From a virus, in IMG/VR virus record IMGVR_UViG_3300029288_006769, positions 360,145 to 424,144 of that record: 64,000 nucleotides of DNA; one strand, written 5' to 3'. Shown piece by piece: positions 30,341-39,356 of this stretch (positions are counted from its first letter, which is position 1; each line of letters opens with the position of its first letter). Below the pieces are notes generated by a model. The model was not told the DNA's origin and made no database searches. It worked only from the letters and a program-made list of their open reading frames with translations. Both the position numbers and the translations under genes were made by a program.

Positions 30341-30598
30341 TTAAATATCTGTCAAAGAACTATCTCTGTTCTTTATTTCTTGCATTGAGAGACCATAAAG
30401 TCTCCTTTGATTACCACACATAGCACAAGAACAAAGTTTTGTCGTATTTCTTCTTCTTGCTGCTGCTAAATGAATAGCCTTCTCTCTTTCATTGGGATCT
30501 TTTATCCATCTGTAAGAATCCCAATAACCTGCTCCACGCCTTTTGCCCTTGGTATCTCCAATGACAAAACGTTCAAGCCTGTTTCCAGGGTGTGACAT
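30341..30598 (-). CDS. Hypothetical basic protein within the tRNA cluster
   Basis: MSHPGNR... with AAGGAG SD; CSCAMCGN.RR motif. Confidence 0.6.
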   Translation of the reverse strand: MSHPGNRLERFVIGDTKGKRRGAGYWDSYRWIKDPNEREKAIHLAAARRRNTTKLCSCAMCGNQRRLYGLSMQEIKNRDSSLTDI

Positions 30599-30669
30599 AA
30601 TGACTCCTTTCCGCACTCTCTGGTGGAGTGCTATAGACTGGATGCCATTATGTCCTCCTTTCAATTTTA

Positions 30670-30743
30670 TGGGCCATGAGGGACTTGAACCCCCGGCCTT
30701 CTCGTTATGAGCGAGCTACTCTTACCAACTGAGTTAATGACCC
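30670..30743 (-). tRNA. tRNA-CAT (Met or Ile2)
   Basis: GGGTCAT/ATGGCCC-A; loop CT-CAT-AA. Confidence 0.9.
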
Positions 30744-30754
30744 GTATATTTCAA

Positions 30755-30828
30755 TAGGGGTGAGAGGGATTGAACCTCCGACCTTCTGCTTATCAGACAA
30801 ACGCTCTTACCAACTGAGCTACACCCCT
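30755..30828 (-). tRNA. tRNA-Ile(GAT)
   Basis: AGGGGTG/CACCCCT-A; loop CT-GAT-AA. Confidence 0.93.
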
Positions 30829-30841
30829 GTAAATTTCAAAG

Positions 30842-30913
30842 TAGCCCCAAGGAGAATTGAACTCCTGCTATCAGGTTGAAAACCTGGTGTCCTTACCACT
30901 AGACCATGGGGCC
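30842..30913 (-). tRNA. tRNA-Glu(TTC)
   Basis: GGCCCCA/TGGGGCT-A; loop TT-TTC-AA. Confidence 0.93.
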
Positions 30914-30918
30914 AAAAA

Positions 30919-30994
30919 TGGAGCCAGCACCCGGGCTCAAACCGGGAGTCTTTCGATTACAAGTCGAATGCTTCATCAATTAAGCTATACTGGC
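30919..30994 (-). tRNA. tRNA-Thr(TGT), encoded CCA
   Basis: GCCAGTA/TGCTGGC-TCCA; loop CT-TGT-AA; A19/U56 elbow. Confidence 0.9.
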
Positions 30995-31786
30995 GAAATT
31001 TGTTTCTAACCATAATTTATCGTATCTAATCAAAAATTTATAACCTCCATAAAAAGCACGTCTAAATTCTTGCTTTGACTTAAAAGTTGACGCTTTTTGT
31101 TTTGCAAGTTCAAGCGTCCATTTTATCAGCGTTTTTCCTTCTAATTCTACTTGTTTTTTTCTTTCAAGTTGCTTTTTTGTCAATTGTCTGTTTTTTCTTG
31201 TACTTCTCCCTAAATTATTTCTATAAGTACTTGTTAACGAATGATGATTGGGACATAACAATTGCAAATTTTCTTCATTATTATTTTCGCCATTACCATC
31301 TTTATGATGCATTTCTATTGGGATTTTTTGAGTAAATATATTTCTTTCAGACCATCCGCATATCATGCATTTTTCACCGAATTTTTCAATCAAATATTTT
31401 TTTAAAACTTTTGTGTTTCTTTGCTTTCCTTCAGGAATTAATTTAAAATCTTTTTTCTTTTTTTGTTTTTTATAAAACTCAGAATAACAAGAACTAGAGC
31501 AAAATTTATTGTTTGAAGTTAATGTCTTGCAATTTAAGCATTCTTTTGTCCTGTCAATCTTTTTTCTTTTTGGAAACTTACTTCCATTATAAATTGCTGC
31601 ACAAGTACGATTACAGAATTTTCCGTTTCTTTTTTCGTAACTTAAAGGTTCATTACATTGTTCGCAAAAATTAGGTTCTTTTAGATAATTATTGACTTTT
31701 GTTATATGTTTTTCAAACTGAGCCACCCTTGAATTCTTATAACCTTTCTTTCCAGCTGTCGACGCTGTTTCAGAATTCCAAATCAT
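30980..31786 (-). CDS. Putative HNH homing endonuclease with zinc fingers
   Basis: CMICGW...IEMHHKDGNGENNNEENLQLLCPNHH; CxxC..FCxxxC repeats. Confidence 0.85.
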   Translation of the reverse strand: MIWNSETASTAGKKGYKNSRVAQFEKHITKVNNYLKEPNFCEQCNEPLSYEKRNGKFCNRTCAAIYNGSKFPKRKKIDRTKECLNCKTLTSNNKFCSSSCYSEFYKKQKKKKDFKLIPEGKQRNTKVLKKYLIEKFGEKCMICGWSERNIFTQKIPIEMHHKDGNGENNNEENLQLLCPNHHSLTSTYRNNLGRSTRKNRQLTKKQLERKKQVELEGKTLIKWTLELAKQKASTFKSKQEFRRAFYGGYKFLIRYDKLWLETNFASIA

Positions 31787-31800
31787 ATTTTTCTCTAAAT

Positions 31801-31925
31801 CAAACGGACCCTGAATTTCTTCAAGGTCCGCATCCTAAATTTCGTTTTTATATTAGGATGCGGACATTACCCTCCTGTTTCGTCATTACCGTTAATGGCA
31901 ATGCGATTTTCGCGGGTTCTGTTTG
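31801..31925 (-). ncRNA. Candidate multibranched structured RNA at the head of the tRNA operon
   Basis: Closing stem CAAAC../..GTTTG, 13 bp perfect hairpin GTCCGCATCCTAA/TTAGGATGCGGAC, plus CATTGCC/GGTAATG and GCGA/TCGC hairpins; strand inferred from context. Confidence 0.45.
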
Positions 31926-32022
31926 CTATCCTAATAGTTTTCATAATTGTTTCCTTGAAATAAATATACCACTATTATAATCAAGTGTACAGGTATTTTT
32001 AAAAATAAATTATAAATATTTT

Positions 32023-32340
32023 ATGACCTTCACAGAACAACTTAATGAAGCAAAACATTGCATTGATGTTATGAAAAGAATTGGCACATATCATGGCCAT
32101 AAAATAGGAGTAATAAATATAGAAAAAGACACATTGACTTTATTTAATGGTAGAGTTTGTCTTTATAGAGAAGATGGTGATACATTGATTACAGAGTATG
32201 CTTGCGATGAACAATGGATTGAAAAAAACTTGAAAGTAAATAATTGTCTTATAACACATTCAGCATGTGTTTGCGTGCCCAGAAATCTAGTCATCCCATG
32301 GAGTTCGAAATTTGAAAAAATATTTGGCAAAAATGTCTAA
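32023..32340 (+). CDS. Hypothetical protein
   Basis: 105 aa ORF. Confidence 0.5.
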   Translation: MTFTEQLNEAKHCIDVMKRIGTYHGHKIGVINIEKDTLTLFNGRVCLYREDGDTLITEYACDEQWIEKNLKVNNCLITHSACVCVPRNLVIPWSSKFEKIFGKNV

Positions 32341-32579
32341 TAAAATAGATATACTTCAATTATGGAATCAAAAGTCTTTAAAAAGCGACTAACATGATTT
32401 TTAGATTTTGTGTTACACAAAAAATTGAAATACAAAAAGGTTATACTTGCGGTTCTTATTGTTCTGACTATAAACCTCGAAATAAAAAATGTGGCATTTG
32501 CAAATATTCAAGAAAATTCAAATTCTCTGACAGAGAAGCAAAAGAAAAAATTTTAACACTTTTGAATTCTTAAATTTTT

Positions 32580-33587
32580 ATGGATCGTACACAATTCAGA
32601 GAATCAGTCTTTAAGCGAGACAATAACAAGTGTGTCATGTGTGGTGCTCCTGCTGTTGATGCTCACCATATTATTGATCGTTCTCTGTTCGAAGATGGTG
32701 GTTATCATCTTGATAATGGAGTAAGTCTTTGTGCTGAGCATCATATTGAAGCAGAAGAGACAAAGATTTCTTGCAGCAAATTAAGAGAAAAAGCTTGCAT
32801 TACAAAAGTTTATCTCCCAGATTATTTTGATTTTGAAGAACAATATGACCATTGGGGAAATATAGTAAACACAAATGGTACACGTCTAAAAGGTGAACTT
32901 TTTGAACAACCTAACGTGCAAAAAGCTTTAAAAGATTCTCTCCATTTATTTCTTCCTTATTTCAAATATCAGAAAACATTTCATCTTTCAAATTCTCCTG
33001 GGCTCCAGAAAAATGACAAGAAACTCAGAGATGAATCAGCATTTCTTGGAAAAGAAATTGTTGGCACAATAAAGATGGATGGTGAAAACACCAATATGTA
33101 TCCTGATTATATTCATGCTAGGTCAATTGATTCTGTCGGGCATGAGTCAAGAACATGGGTGAAAGCGTTGCATGGGAGTATTGCATATCAAATACCACAA
33201 GGATACAGGATTTGTGGAGAGAATCTTTTTGCAAAACATTCAATTCATTATATGCATCTTACAAGCTTTTTCAATGTGTTCTCTATTTGGAATGACAAAA
33301 ATGAAGCATTGTGTTGGGATGAAACAGTAGAGTATTGCGAGCTGCTTGATTTAACTACCGTTCCTGTTTTTTATCGAGGGATTTATGATCCAGAAGCAAT
33401 TACGAAAGCCTTCGAAAAGTATTGTAATGAGAGTAAAGATCTTGTCGAAGGTTATGTGATAAGAACTTCAGGGGTTATACATTTTTCTAAATTCAGAAAG
33501 AACGTAGCCAAATGGGTGAGAAAAGGCCACGTTCAAACTGAACATAATTGGATGCAACAAAAAGTAATACCGAATAAAATATCTTAA
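32580..33587 (+). CDS. HNH domain fused to ATP-dependent RNA ligase (Rnl2-like)
   Basis: N-terminal RD..KCVMCG...DAHHI...NGVSLCAEHH; ligase motifs KMDGEN, CGEN, EGYV, KWV. Confidence 0.85.
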   Translation: MDRTQFRESVFKRDNNKCVMCGAPAVDAHHIIDRSLFEDGGYHLDNGVSLCAEHHIEAEETKISCSKLREKACITKVYLPDYFDFEEQYDHWGNIVNTNGTRLKGELFEQPNVQKALKDSLHLFLPYFKYQKTFHLSNSPGLQKNDKKLRDESAFLGKEIVGTIKMDGENTNMYPDYIHARSIDSVGHESRTWVKALHGSIAYQIPQGYRICGENLFAKHSIHYMHLTSFFNVFSIWNDKNEALCWDETVEYCELLDLTTVPVFYRGIYDPEAITKAFEKYCNESKDLVEGYVIRTSGVIHFSKFRKNVAKWVRKGHVQTEHNWMQQKVIPNKIS

Positions 33588-33970
33588 TCCTCTTGACCTT
33601 TTTGGTCCCAATCAAGAAGTTCCACAGTTTGACCACTTAGTTCATGAGTACTATCTGGTAGAAATTGAATTTTTCCATCAGTTATAAAACTGTGACAAAT
33701 TATTTGCTTGCAACCAACAGCTTTATTGTTTTCAAAAACCCAAGTACTCGGATCTCCTGGTGGGTTTTTTACATGTTTGGTTAAAATAGAAGCTCTAATT
33801 GTTGGTTTTTCTCTATCACCATTCCAAGTCCATACAGGTCCTTTAGGGACAGTGTCTGTTAAGGCTTGTGCAGGTGTAAAACCACTTGTAGAAAACCAAT
33901 GAGCACAATTACAACCTGGACAAAGAAAGAAATACACGCCTTGCTGTGCAGAATCATTTATTTTACTCAT
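33584..33970 (-). CDS. Conserved Cys/His-rich protein (DUF6527-like)
   Basis: CPGC..H, WTWNGD.EKPT..SI, CHSFITDGKIQFL.DSTH.LSGQTV. Confidence 0.7.
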   Translation of the reverse strand: MSKINDSAQQGVYFFLCPGCNCAHWFSTSGFTPAQALTDTVPKGPVWTWNGDREKPTIRASILTKHVKNPPGDPSTWVFENNKAVGCKQIICHSFITDGKIQFLPDSTHELSGQTVELLDWDQKGQED

Positions 33971-35010
33971 GAATCCAACCTTTTTGTTTTAATGATTTTG
34001 TAAAGAATTTCTACTATTTCAGCATCAAAAAGAATTCCACGTCCATCAAATAAAATTTGCAAAGCATATTCTATGTCTTGTGCTTTTCTATAAGGTCTAT
34101 TTGAAACCAATGCATTGAAAGTGTCAGCAACAGCAAGAATACGAGCACCAGCAGGAATAGCTTTTTCTTTTAGTTTATGGGGATAACCTTCACCATTCCA
34201 ACGTTCATGGTGATGCAAAACATAATCACTTATTTTCCCAACAGCATCAACGGGCTTAATGATTTTATATGACATTTCTGAATGATGTTTGATGAGTTCA
34301 TATTCTTCATCTGACAATTTGTCTTTCTTAAAAAGTATTTCATCCCTTATTCCGATTTTTCCAATGTCATGTAGTCTGCCAGCTATAGTAACATCTTCAA
34401 TAAAGTTTGAGTCATCAGAATATTCCCAACAAATTTTCTCTGAGAGTTCACCTACCATTTCTGAATGGTTTTTTGTGTACTCATCTTTTTGTTCTAGAGC
34501 ATTTGTCAATGCTGTCAAAGTATTAAAGAAAATTTTATCTCTCTCTTTTTGAATTGCAACTATTTTTGTACGCAGGTTTTCTGCTAGATGTGTGTTTCTC
34601 CTTAGATTCCTTGTATTACGAGAAGCTTGTAACAGTAACAAACCTAAAGTCATGAGTTGAAAAGGTTTACTCAAAAATGCATATATATTCTTTTTTATAA
34701 TTGTAGTAATAAATTGATCTGTGTTGTAACCTGTAGTTAAAATAATTGTCAATTCAGGGTCAATTCCACTAGCTTGATCTATAAAATCAAACCCAGAGCA
34801 ACCATTGTCAAGGCAAATATCGCAAAGAGCTACATCAAATTGATGAGCTTCTATAAGTTCTATTGCTTTAGGTAATGATTCAGCAACAAAGCAATGACCT
34901 CCATGATTGTCGACAAACAATTTGAGAACATCTAACTCTGTACGATCATCATCAATGACAAGCACAGTCAGATTCATCAAAAAGGGCGTGTGCTGAATTG
35001 AACTTGGCAT
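33967..35010 (-). CDS. Response regulator receiver plus HD-GYP cyclic dinucleotide phosphodiesterase
   Basis: REC (IDDD, CDI, TG, KPF); HS..V, LHDIGK, HHERWNGEGYP, ADTFNAL..NRPYR. Confidence 0.93.
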   Translation of the reverse strand: MPSSIQHTPFLMNLTVLVIDDDRTELDVLKLFVDNHGGHCFVAESLPKAIELIEAHQFDVALCDICLDNGCSGFDFIDQASGIDPELTIILTTGYNTDQFITTIIKKNIYAFLSKPFQLMTLGLLLLQASRNTRNLRRNTHLAENLRTKIVAIQKERDKIFFNTLTALTNALEQKDEYTKNHSEMVGELSEKICWEYSDDSNFIEDVTIAGRLHDIGKIGIRDEILFKKDKLSDEEYELIKHHSEMSYKIIKPVDAVGKISDYVLHHHERWNGEGYPHKLKEKAIPAGARILAVADTFNALVSNRPYRKAQDIEYALQILFDGRGILFDAEIVEILYKIIKTKRLDS

Positions 35011-38000
35011 TATTTTGTCCTTTTAAGTTCTTCTGCTATGATAGTATTTGTCGAGTCTAACGCCACAGCTTTTGTTATATATTCAGTATAAGTTTTGATT
35101 TCGCCATTAAATTTACAAATCATTCCAAGCCCATAATATGACATAGCATATTTCGGATCTATTGAAATAGCTTTATTGTAATACTCTCTTGCTGTTTCGT
35201 TGTCTTTTTTCAACATATAGATGTCAGCTCTTTTACAAATTGCTGGAGCATATCTAGAATCAACATAAGAAACCATTTTGCAATATTCCAAAGCATCATC
35301 AAGATTGCCTTGCTCAATTTTGATTTGAGCTAAGAACATCATTAAATTAATATCTTGCGGCTCTTTCTTTCTCATTTCTACAGCTATATTTTCAGCACCA
35401 GCATAATCCTTCAATTGATATAGAATTTTTGCATAGATATCTAGATTTGTAAAACTCCTGTTTATTGCAAGCAATTGTTCTGTTTCATTTTTTGCTTCAT
35501 TGTATTTAGAGAATCTTTTGTAAGAGTCAATTAGATATAGTCTTATTGTTGTGTCTTTAGATTTTTGTTGTTTTGCTGTTTGCAAGAATTCAAAGCCTTC
35601 ACTCGAATAGGCATCCTTCAAATAGATTTTGCCCAGTATATATAACATATCAGGGTCAGAATTGTTTTGTGCCTTCGCCATTCGTAGATAGGCTAGACTT
35701 TCATGTAGTTCGCCTACTTCATAACAATAGATGCCGAGTTCCTTGTTTGCATTAAAGTTCTTACTGTCTCTGCCCAAAATCTCTTTATATGTCTTTATTT
35801 CCAAAACTCTGTTGCCGTTCTGTTTGTAGCAATATGCTAGTTTTGAAAGCATATCTACTGAAATAGTGTCTTTCAATGCTTTTGTTTTTTCAAAGTTATA
35901 CTGAGCTCTCTTATAATCCCCAAGCTTGAAATAAATTCCACTTAGTCTTTCATAGTTTCTATAATCATAATAGAATCTTTTTGTATTGGCTACATAGATG
36001 TCTTTTGCAAGATTGACATGTAGCTGTTCTTGTAATCTTCCCATGTGGTAGAAATATGTAGAATCTCTAGTATTGATTTGACAATAGAGTTTATAGAACT
36101 TGATTGCTTTTTCTATATTTTTCAAATTTTCATGAGAAACAGCTATGAGTCTATAAACTTCAGCTATTCTAGAATAACTGTTGAATTTCGTACACATAGT
36201 CAAAATTGAAATTGCATTATCATATTCTTTAGTCATGAAAAGCGCTCTGCCATATATAAAACTTTGATCAGCATTGCCTATAATATTTGCTAGAGCAAAG
36301 TATTTTACTGCTGACTTGTAGTCTTCTTTTTCATAAGAGTATACTCCTACTTTTAAACTCAATTTATCATTTTTATATTTTGCAAGATAAGATTTGTACG
36401 TGCTCATTTCTAAATCTTTTTTACCTTGTTTAAGATAAAGAGCTGCAAGGTTGAAGTATTCGTTTTTTGCTGTTTGTACAAGATTGACATATTGTTCATA
36501 AGAAGCTATTGCATTTGAAATCGCACCAGTTCTTTCTTGACAAATAGCTATTTTTAGAATAATAGGTGCCGTGATTTTTTCTTGTTGTAATTTATTGTAG
36601 ACATTCAATGCTTTTGTGTAGCTCCCCATATCATAATAAGTATTAGCAAGGCTTATTATAACCAAACTATCAGCTTGTTTTGTCACTAAAGCTCTATTGC
36701 AGATTCTTATAATTTCTGAGACATTTTTCTTGATTATGACTACATAGCTGAAATTCTTGAGATAGTCTATTCTTGAATAAGCTAATGTCATTGTTTTGTT
36801 GTATTCTAGATAGGCATTGTCATAATCTTTAAGTTTGAAATAGACATCAGCTAATTTTTTATGAGCATCTACATTTTGAGCATCAAGATTCAGGATCTTT
36901 TTTAGATACACAATGGAATTCTGATTGTCTTTTGCTTTCCCTAGCAATGTAACAATTTTGAAATAGTCTGTGACATTGAAAACTCTAAGTTTTTCTAATT
37001 CATAATAGTGTTTCAATGCCTGAGCGTTTTTTTCAGTTGCATAATAAGAATTTGCAAGTCTTTCTCTAGATTCTATGTCTTTAGAATCGAGTTCTACAAT
37101 TTTAGTGTCTATAACAAATAGTTGTTCTTTTCTATTTGTCTCTCTATAACAAACTGCTAAATCTTTGTATTGCTCAAGGCTTGGCGTAAATTTCACAAGA
37201 ATTTCAAGTTGTTCAATTGCTTTTTGATATTTCTTTTTGTCAAGAGCAATTTTATAGATTATTTCTCTGCATTTATTGGAAGCAGCTCCTTTTCTTAAAA
37301 GTGTTTCAGAAGCATCTTTTGCTTTATCATAATCTTGTTGTTTGAAAGCACAAATCGCTATTCTTTCAAGAACATCAAAATTTTCTCTAAAAATATATGT
37401 CTTTTCGTAATATTTTTGAGCTTTATCATAATTTTTGTTTTCATAATAGTAATCACCAAGTTGCAAAGCATTTTCTGGCGTATCTTTTTGTTTTGAAAGC
37501 CGAACTGCTATTTTTTTTGCTTTTGTCTTATAATTCTGTTTTTCATAAGCATCGATCAACAGGAAATACATTGGAATAGCTGATGAGTCAACTCTTAAAA
37601 CTTTATTTGCATATAATTCAATTTTAGCATAATCATTTGTAGTTGCATAGTATTGGGCTATAAGTCTATTGTATTCAAGACCTGCGTTTAACACTTCAAA
37701 TTCTTTTACATATTTCAAAACACTTACATAATCTTTCAAATTCATGTATATTTTTGCTATTTTCAATTTAAGCTGCAATGCTTGTTTGGCATCAGCTTTT
37801 TTTGTTGCTGCTTCATAAAAAGCAAGAGCTCTTGAAATATTTTTTTGTTCTTCTAAGCATTTCCCTTGATTTGTCAAATCTTCATATTGAAAACTTTGTA
37901 CTTGGAGTTTATTGTACTCAACAAAAGCTTCTTGGCATTGTCCTTTTGAGATATAAAGTCTAGCAAGTTTGAGTCTGTCCTCTATAGAAATATTGTTTAC

Positions 38001-38609
38001 AGTTTTCAAATACAATAATGAAGAATCAGATTGACCAAGAGCCGCATAACATAATGAAAGACGGAGTGCAATTGCATCATCTTTTTTAAGTGAATATTGT
38101 TTCAATAAATAGGGAATAGCTTGTTTATACAATTTTCTTTCATAGTAAATTGTGCCCAATGCTTCTTTAGCTTCTTTTGTTGTTCTAATTTTTTCGAACC
38201 ATTTTTGGGCCTCATCATACCTTCTAATTTTGTAACAGATACTAGCATGTTGAAGTTTGTAACTTTCAGTAATTGAGTCTTTTTGTACGCATTTAGAAGA
38301 GAATTCATAAGCTCTTTCGCAAAGACCGATTTTACAATAGACTCTAGCAAGAGAAGTTAGAACAAGACAATTAGAAGGATAAAGTCTATATAAAGACAGA
38401 TAGCAAGCAATTGCTTTTTCATCAAAGCCGAGATTTTCATGTGCAAAACCATAAGCATAAGTAGTTTCTTCGTCTTGCACTTTATAGTTTGTCTCAATAT
38501 ATTTGATAACTTGCTTATAATCTTTTTTAAAAAGAAGACCATCAAGTTTCTTGTCGGCAAAACTTGCAATAGCGACTAAGAAAATCAAGAAAAATTTTAA
38601 TGTTTTCAT
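35010..38609 (-). CDS. Large exported TPR-repeat protein
   Basis: Signal peptide MKTLKFFLIFLVAIASFA; many 34 aa TPR-like repeats; GGAGG SD. Confidence 0.85.
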   Translation of the reverse strand: MKTLKFFLIFLVAIASFADKKLDGLLFKKDYKQVIKYIETNYKVQDEETTYAYGFAHENLGFDEKAIACYLSLYRLYPSNCLVLTSLARVYCKIGLCERAYEFSSKCVQKDSITESYKLQHASICYKIRRYDEAQKWFEKIRTTKEAKEALGTIYYERKLYKQAIPYLLKQYSLKKDDAIALRLSLCYAALGQSDSSLLYLKTVNNISIEDRLKLARLYISKGQCQEAFVEYNKLQVQSFQYEDLTNQGKCLEEQKNISRALAFYEAATKKADAKQALQLKLKIAKIYMNLKDYVSVLKYVKEFEVLNAGLEYNRLIAQYYATTNDYAKIELYANKVLRVDSSAIPMYFLLIDAYEKQNYKTKAKKIAVRLSKQKDTPENALQLGDYYYENKNYDKAQKYYEKTYIFRENFDVLERIAICAFKQQDYDKAKDASETLLRKGAASNKCREIIYKIALDKKKYQKAIEQLEILVKFTPSLEQYKDLAVCYRETNRKEQLFVIDTKIVELDSKDIESRERLANSYYATEKNAQALKHYYELEKLRVFNVTDYFKIVTLLGKAKDNQNSIVYLKKILNLDAQNVDAHKKLADVYFKLKDYDNAYLEYNKTMTLAYSRIDYLKNFSYVVIIKKNVSEIIRICNRALVTKQADSLVIISLANTYYDMGSYTKALNVYNKLQQEKITAPIILKIAICQERTGAISNAIASYEQYVNLVQTAKNEYFNLAALYLKQGKKDLEMSTYKSYLAKYKNDKLSLKVGVYSYEKEDYKSAVKYFALANIIGNADQSFIYGRALFMTKEYDNAISILTMCTKFNSYSRIAEVYRLIAVSHENLKNIEKAIKFYKLYCQINTRDSTYFYHMGRLQEQLHVNLAKDIYVANTKRFYYDYRNYERLSGIYFKLGDYKRAQYNFEKTKALKDTISVDMLSKLAYCYKQNGNRVLEIKTYKEILGRDSKNFNANKELGIYCYEVGELHESLAYLRMAKAQNNSDPDMLYILGKIYLKDAYSSEGFEFLQTAKQQKSKDTTIRLYLIDSYKRFSKYNEAKNETEQLLAINRSFTNLDIYAKILYQLKDYAGAENIAVEMRKKEPQDINLMMFLAQIKIEQGNLDDALEYCKMVSYVDSRYAPAICKRADIYMLKKDNETAREYYNKAISIDPKYAMSYYGLGMICKFNGEIKTYTEYITKAVALDSTNTIIAEELKRTK

Positions 38610-38831
38610 ATTCCCTCCCATTGTTATGGGCAGCAAAAAAACATCCAGAACAACTTTTGAATTAATCAATGTTCCAGAAATCGTCAAGTTAATTTAATTT
38701 TGATAGGAAGGAATTTAATTGAGAGTAAATCAAATCTATCTAACCAACAAATATCTACCCTTATCCTTATATTATAGATTATACCACCTTATTGGTTTAA
38801 AATGAAAATAAAAAATATTTTTTAAAAATAA

Positions 38832-38861
38832 TTGTTACTTTTGCTAACTTTGATATATATT
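38832..38861 (+). promoter_or_regulatory. Sigma70-like promoter for the RNA array
   Basis: TTGTTA-N18-TATATT, placing the start at ~38868, the 5' end of unit 1. Confidence 0.5.
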
Positions 38862-38868
38862 TATTCTA

Positions 38869-39009
38869 GAACAAATGCTCTTTAACAGCAAGTGCTTACA
38901 TTACTTTGTAGCTCAGCTGGTAGAGCGATTGCCTATTAAGCGATAAGTCTCAGGTTCGAATCCTGAAAAAGTAGCCAAAAACTAGCATTTACAACTCGAG
39001 CATTTGTTC
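38869..39009 (+). ncRNA. Y RNA-like tRNA mimic, unit 1 (normal-order tRNA body 38902-38977, anticodon ATT, ends GCCA)
   Basis: 12 bp terminal stem GAACAAATGCTC/GAGCATTTGTTC; conserved TTTAAC..AAGTGCTTACAT and AAAAACTAGCATT..AACTC; 76 nt cloverleaf inside. Confidence 0.8.
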
Positions 39010-39031
39010 ATTTCAAATTGAAAATAAATTT

Positions 39032-39188
39032 TTAAAACTGCTCTTTAACATCGGGTGCTTACATGGATATAACTTTAGTTCACCAAACCGAAGTTTGACG
39101 TTCGATTCGTCATTCCCCCGCTAAGAAAATATGTGTTTTCTTGGTGGGGGAAAGTAAAAAATAGCATACGTAACTCGAGCAGTTTTAA
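39032..39188 (+). ncRNA. Y RNA-like tRNA mimic, unit 2 (circularly permuted at the D-loop)
   Basis: Terminal stem TTAAAACTGCTC/GAGCAGTTTTAA; same scaffold; order is 3' half of D arm, degenerate anticodon arm, T arm TGACG-TTCGATT-CGTCA, acceptor TTCCCCC/GGGGGAA closed by a hairpin. Confidence 0.75.
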
Positions 39189-39201
39189 TTTTGAAAAATA
39201 A

Positions 39202-39337
39202 ACAAGTGTTCTTTAACTCTAAGTGCTTACATGCTTTTAAGCTCAATTGGTAGAGCAATTGTTATTGGAACAATTCGTTCTTGGTTCAAATCCAGGAAAA
39301 GCGACCAAAAAATAGCATTTATAACTCGAACACTTGT
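39202..39337 (+). ncRNA. Y RNA-like tRNA mimic, unit 3 (normal-order tRNA body 39232-39307, loop TA-TTG-GA, ends ACCA)
   Basis: Terminal stem ACAAGTGTTC/GAACACTTGT; same scaffold; 76 nt cloverleaf inside. Confidence 0.8.
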
Positions 39338-39356
39338 CTTTTAAATAAGGAAAAAA

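Noticed and set aside
31801-31925. Hammerhead ribozyme or c-di-GMP riboswitch
   Set aside because: GAAAC is present but the CUGANGA core is absent; c-di-GMP-I consensus not matched.
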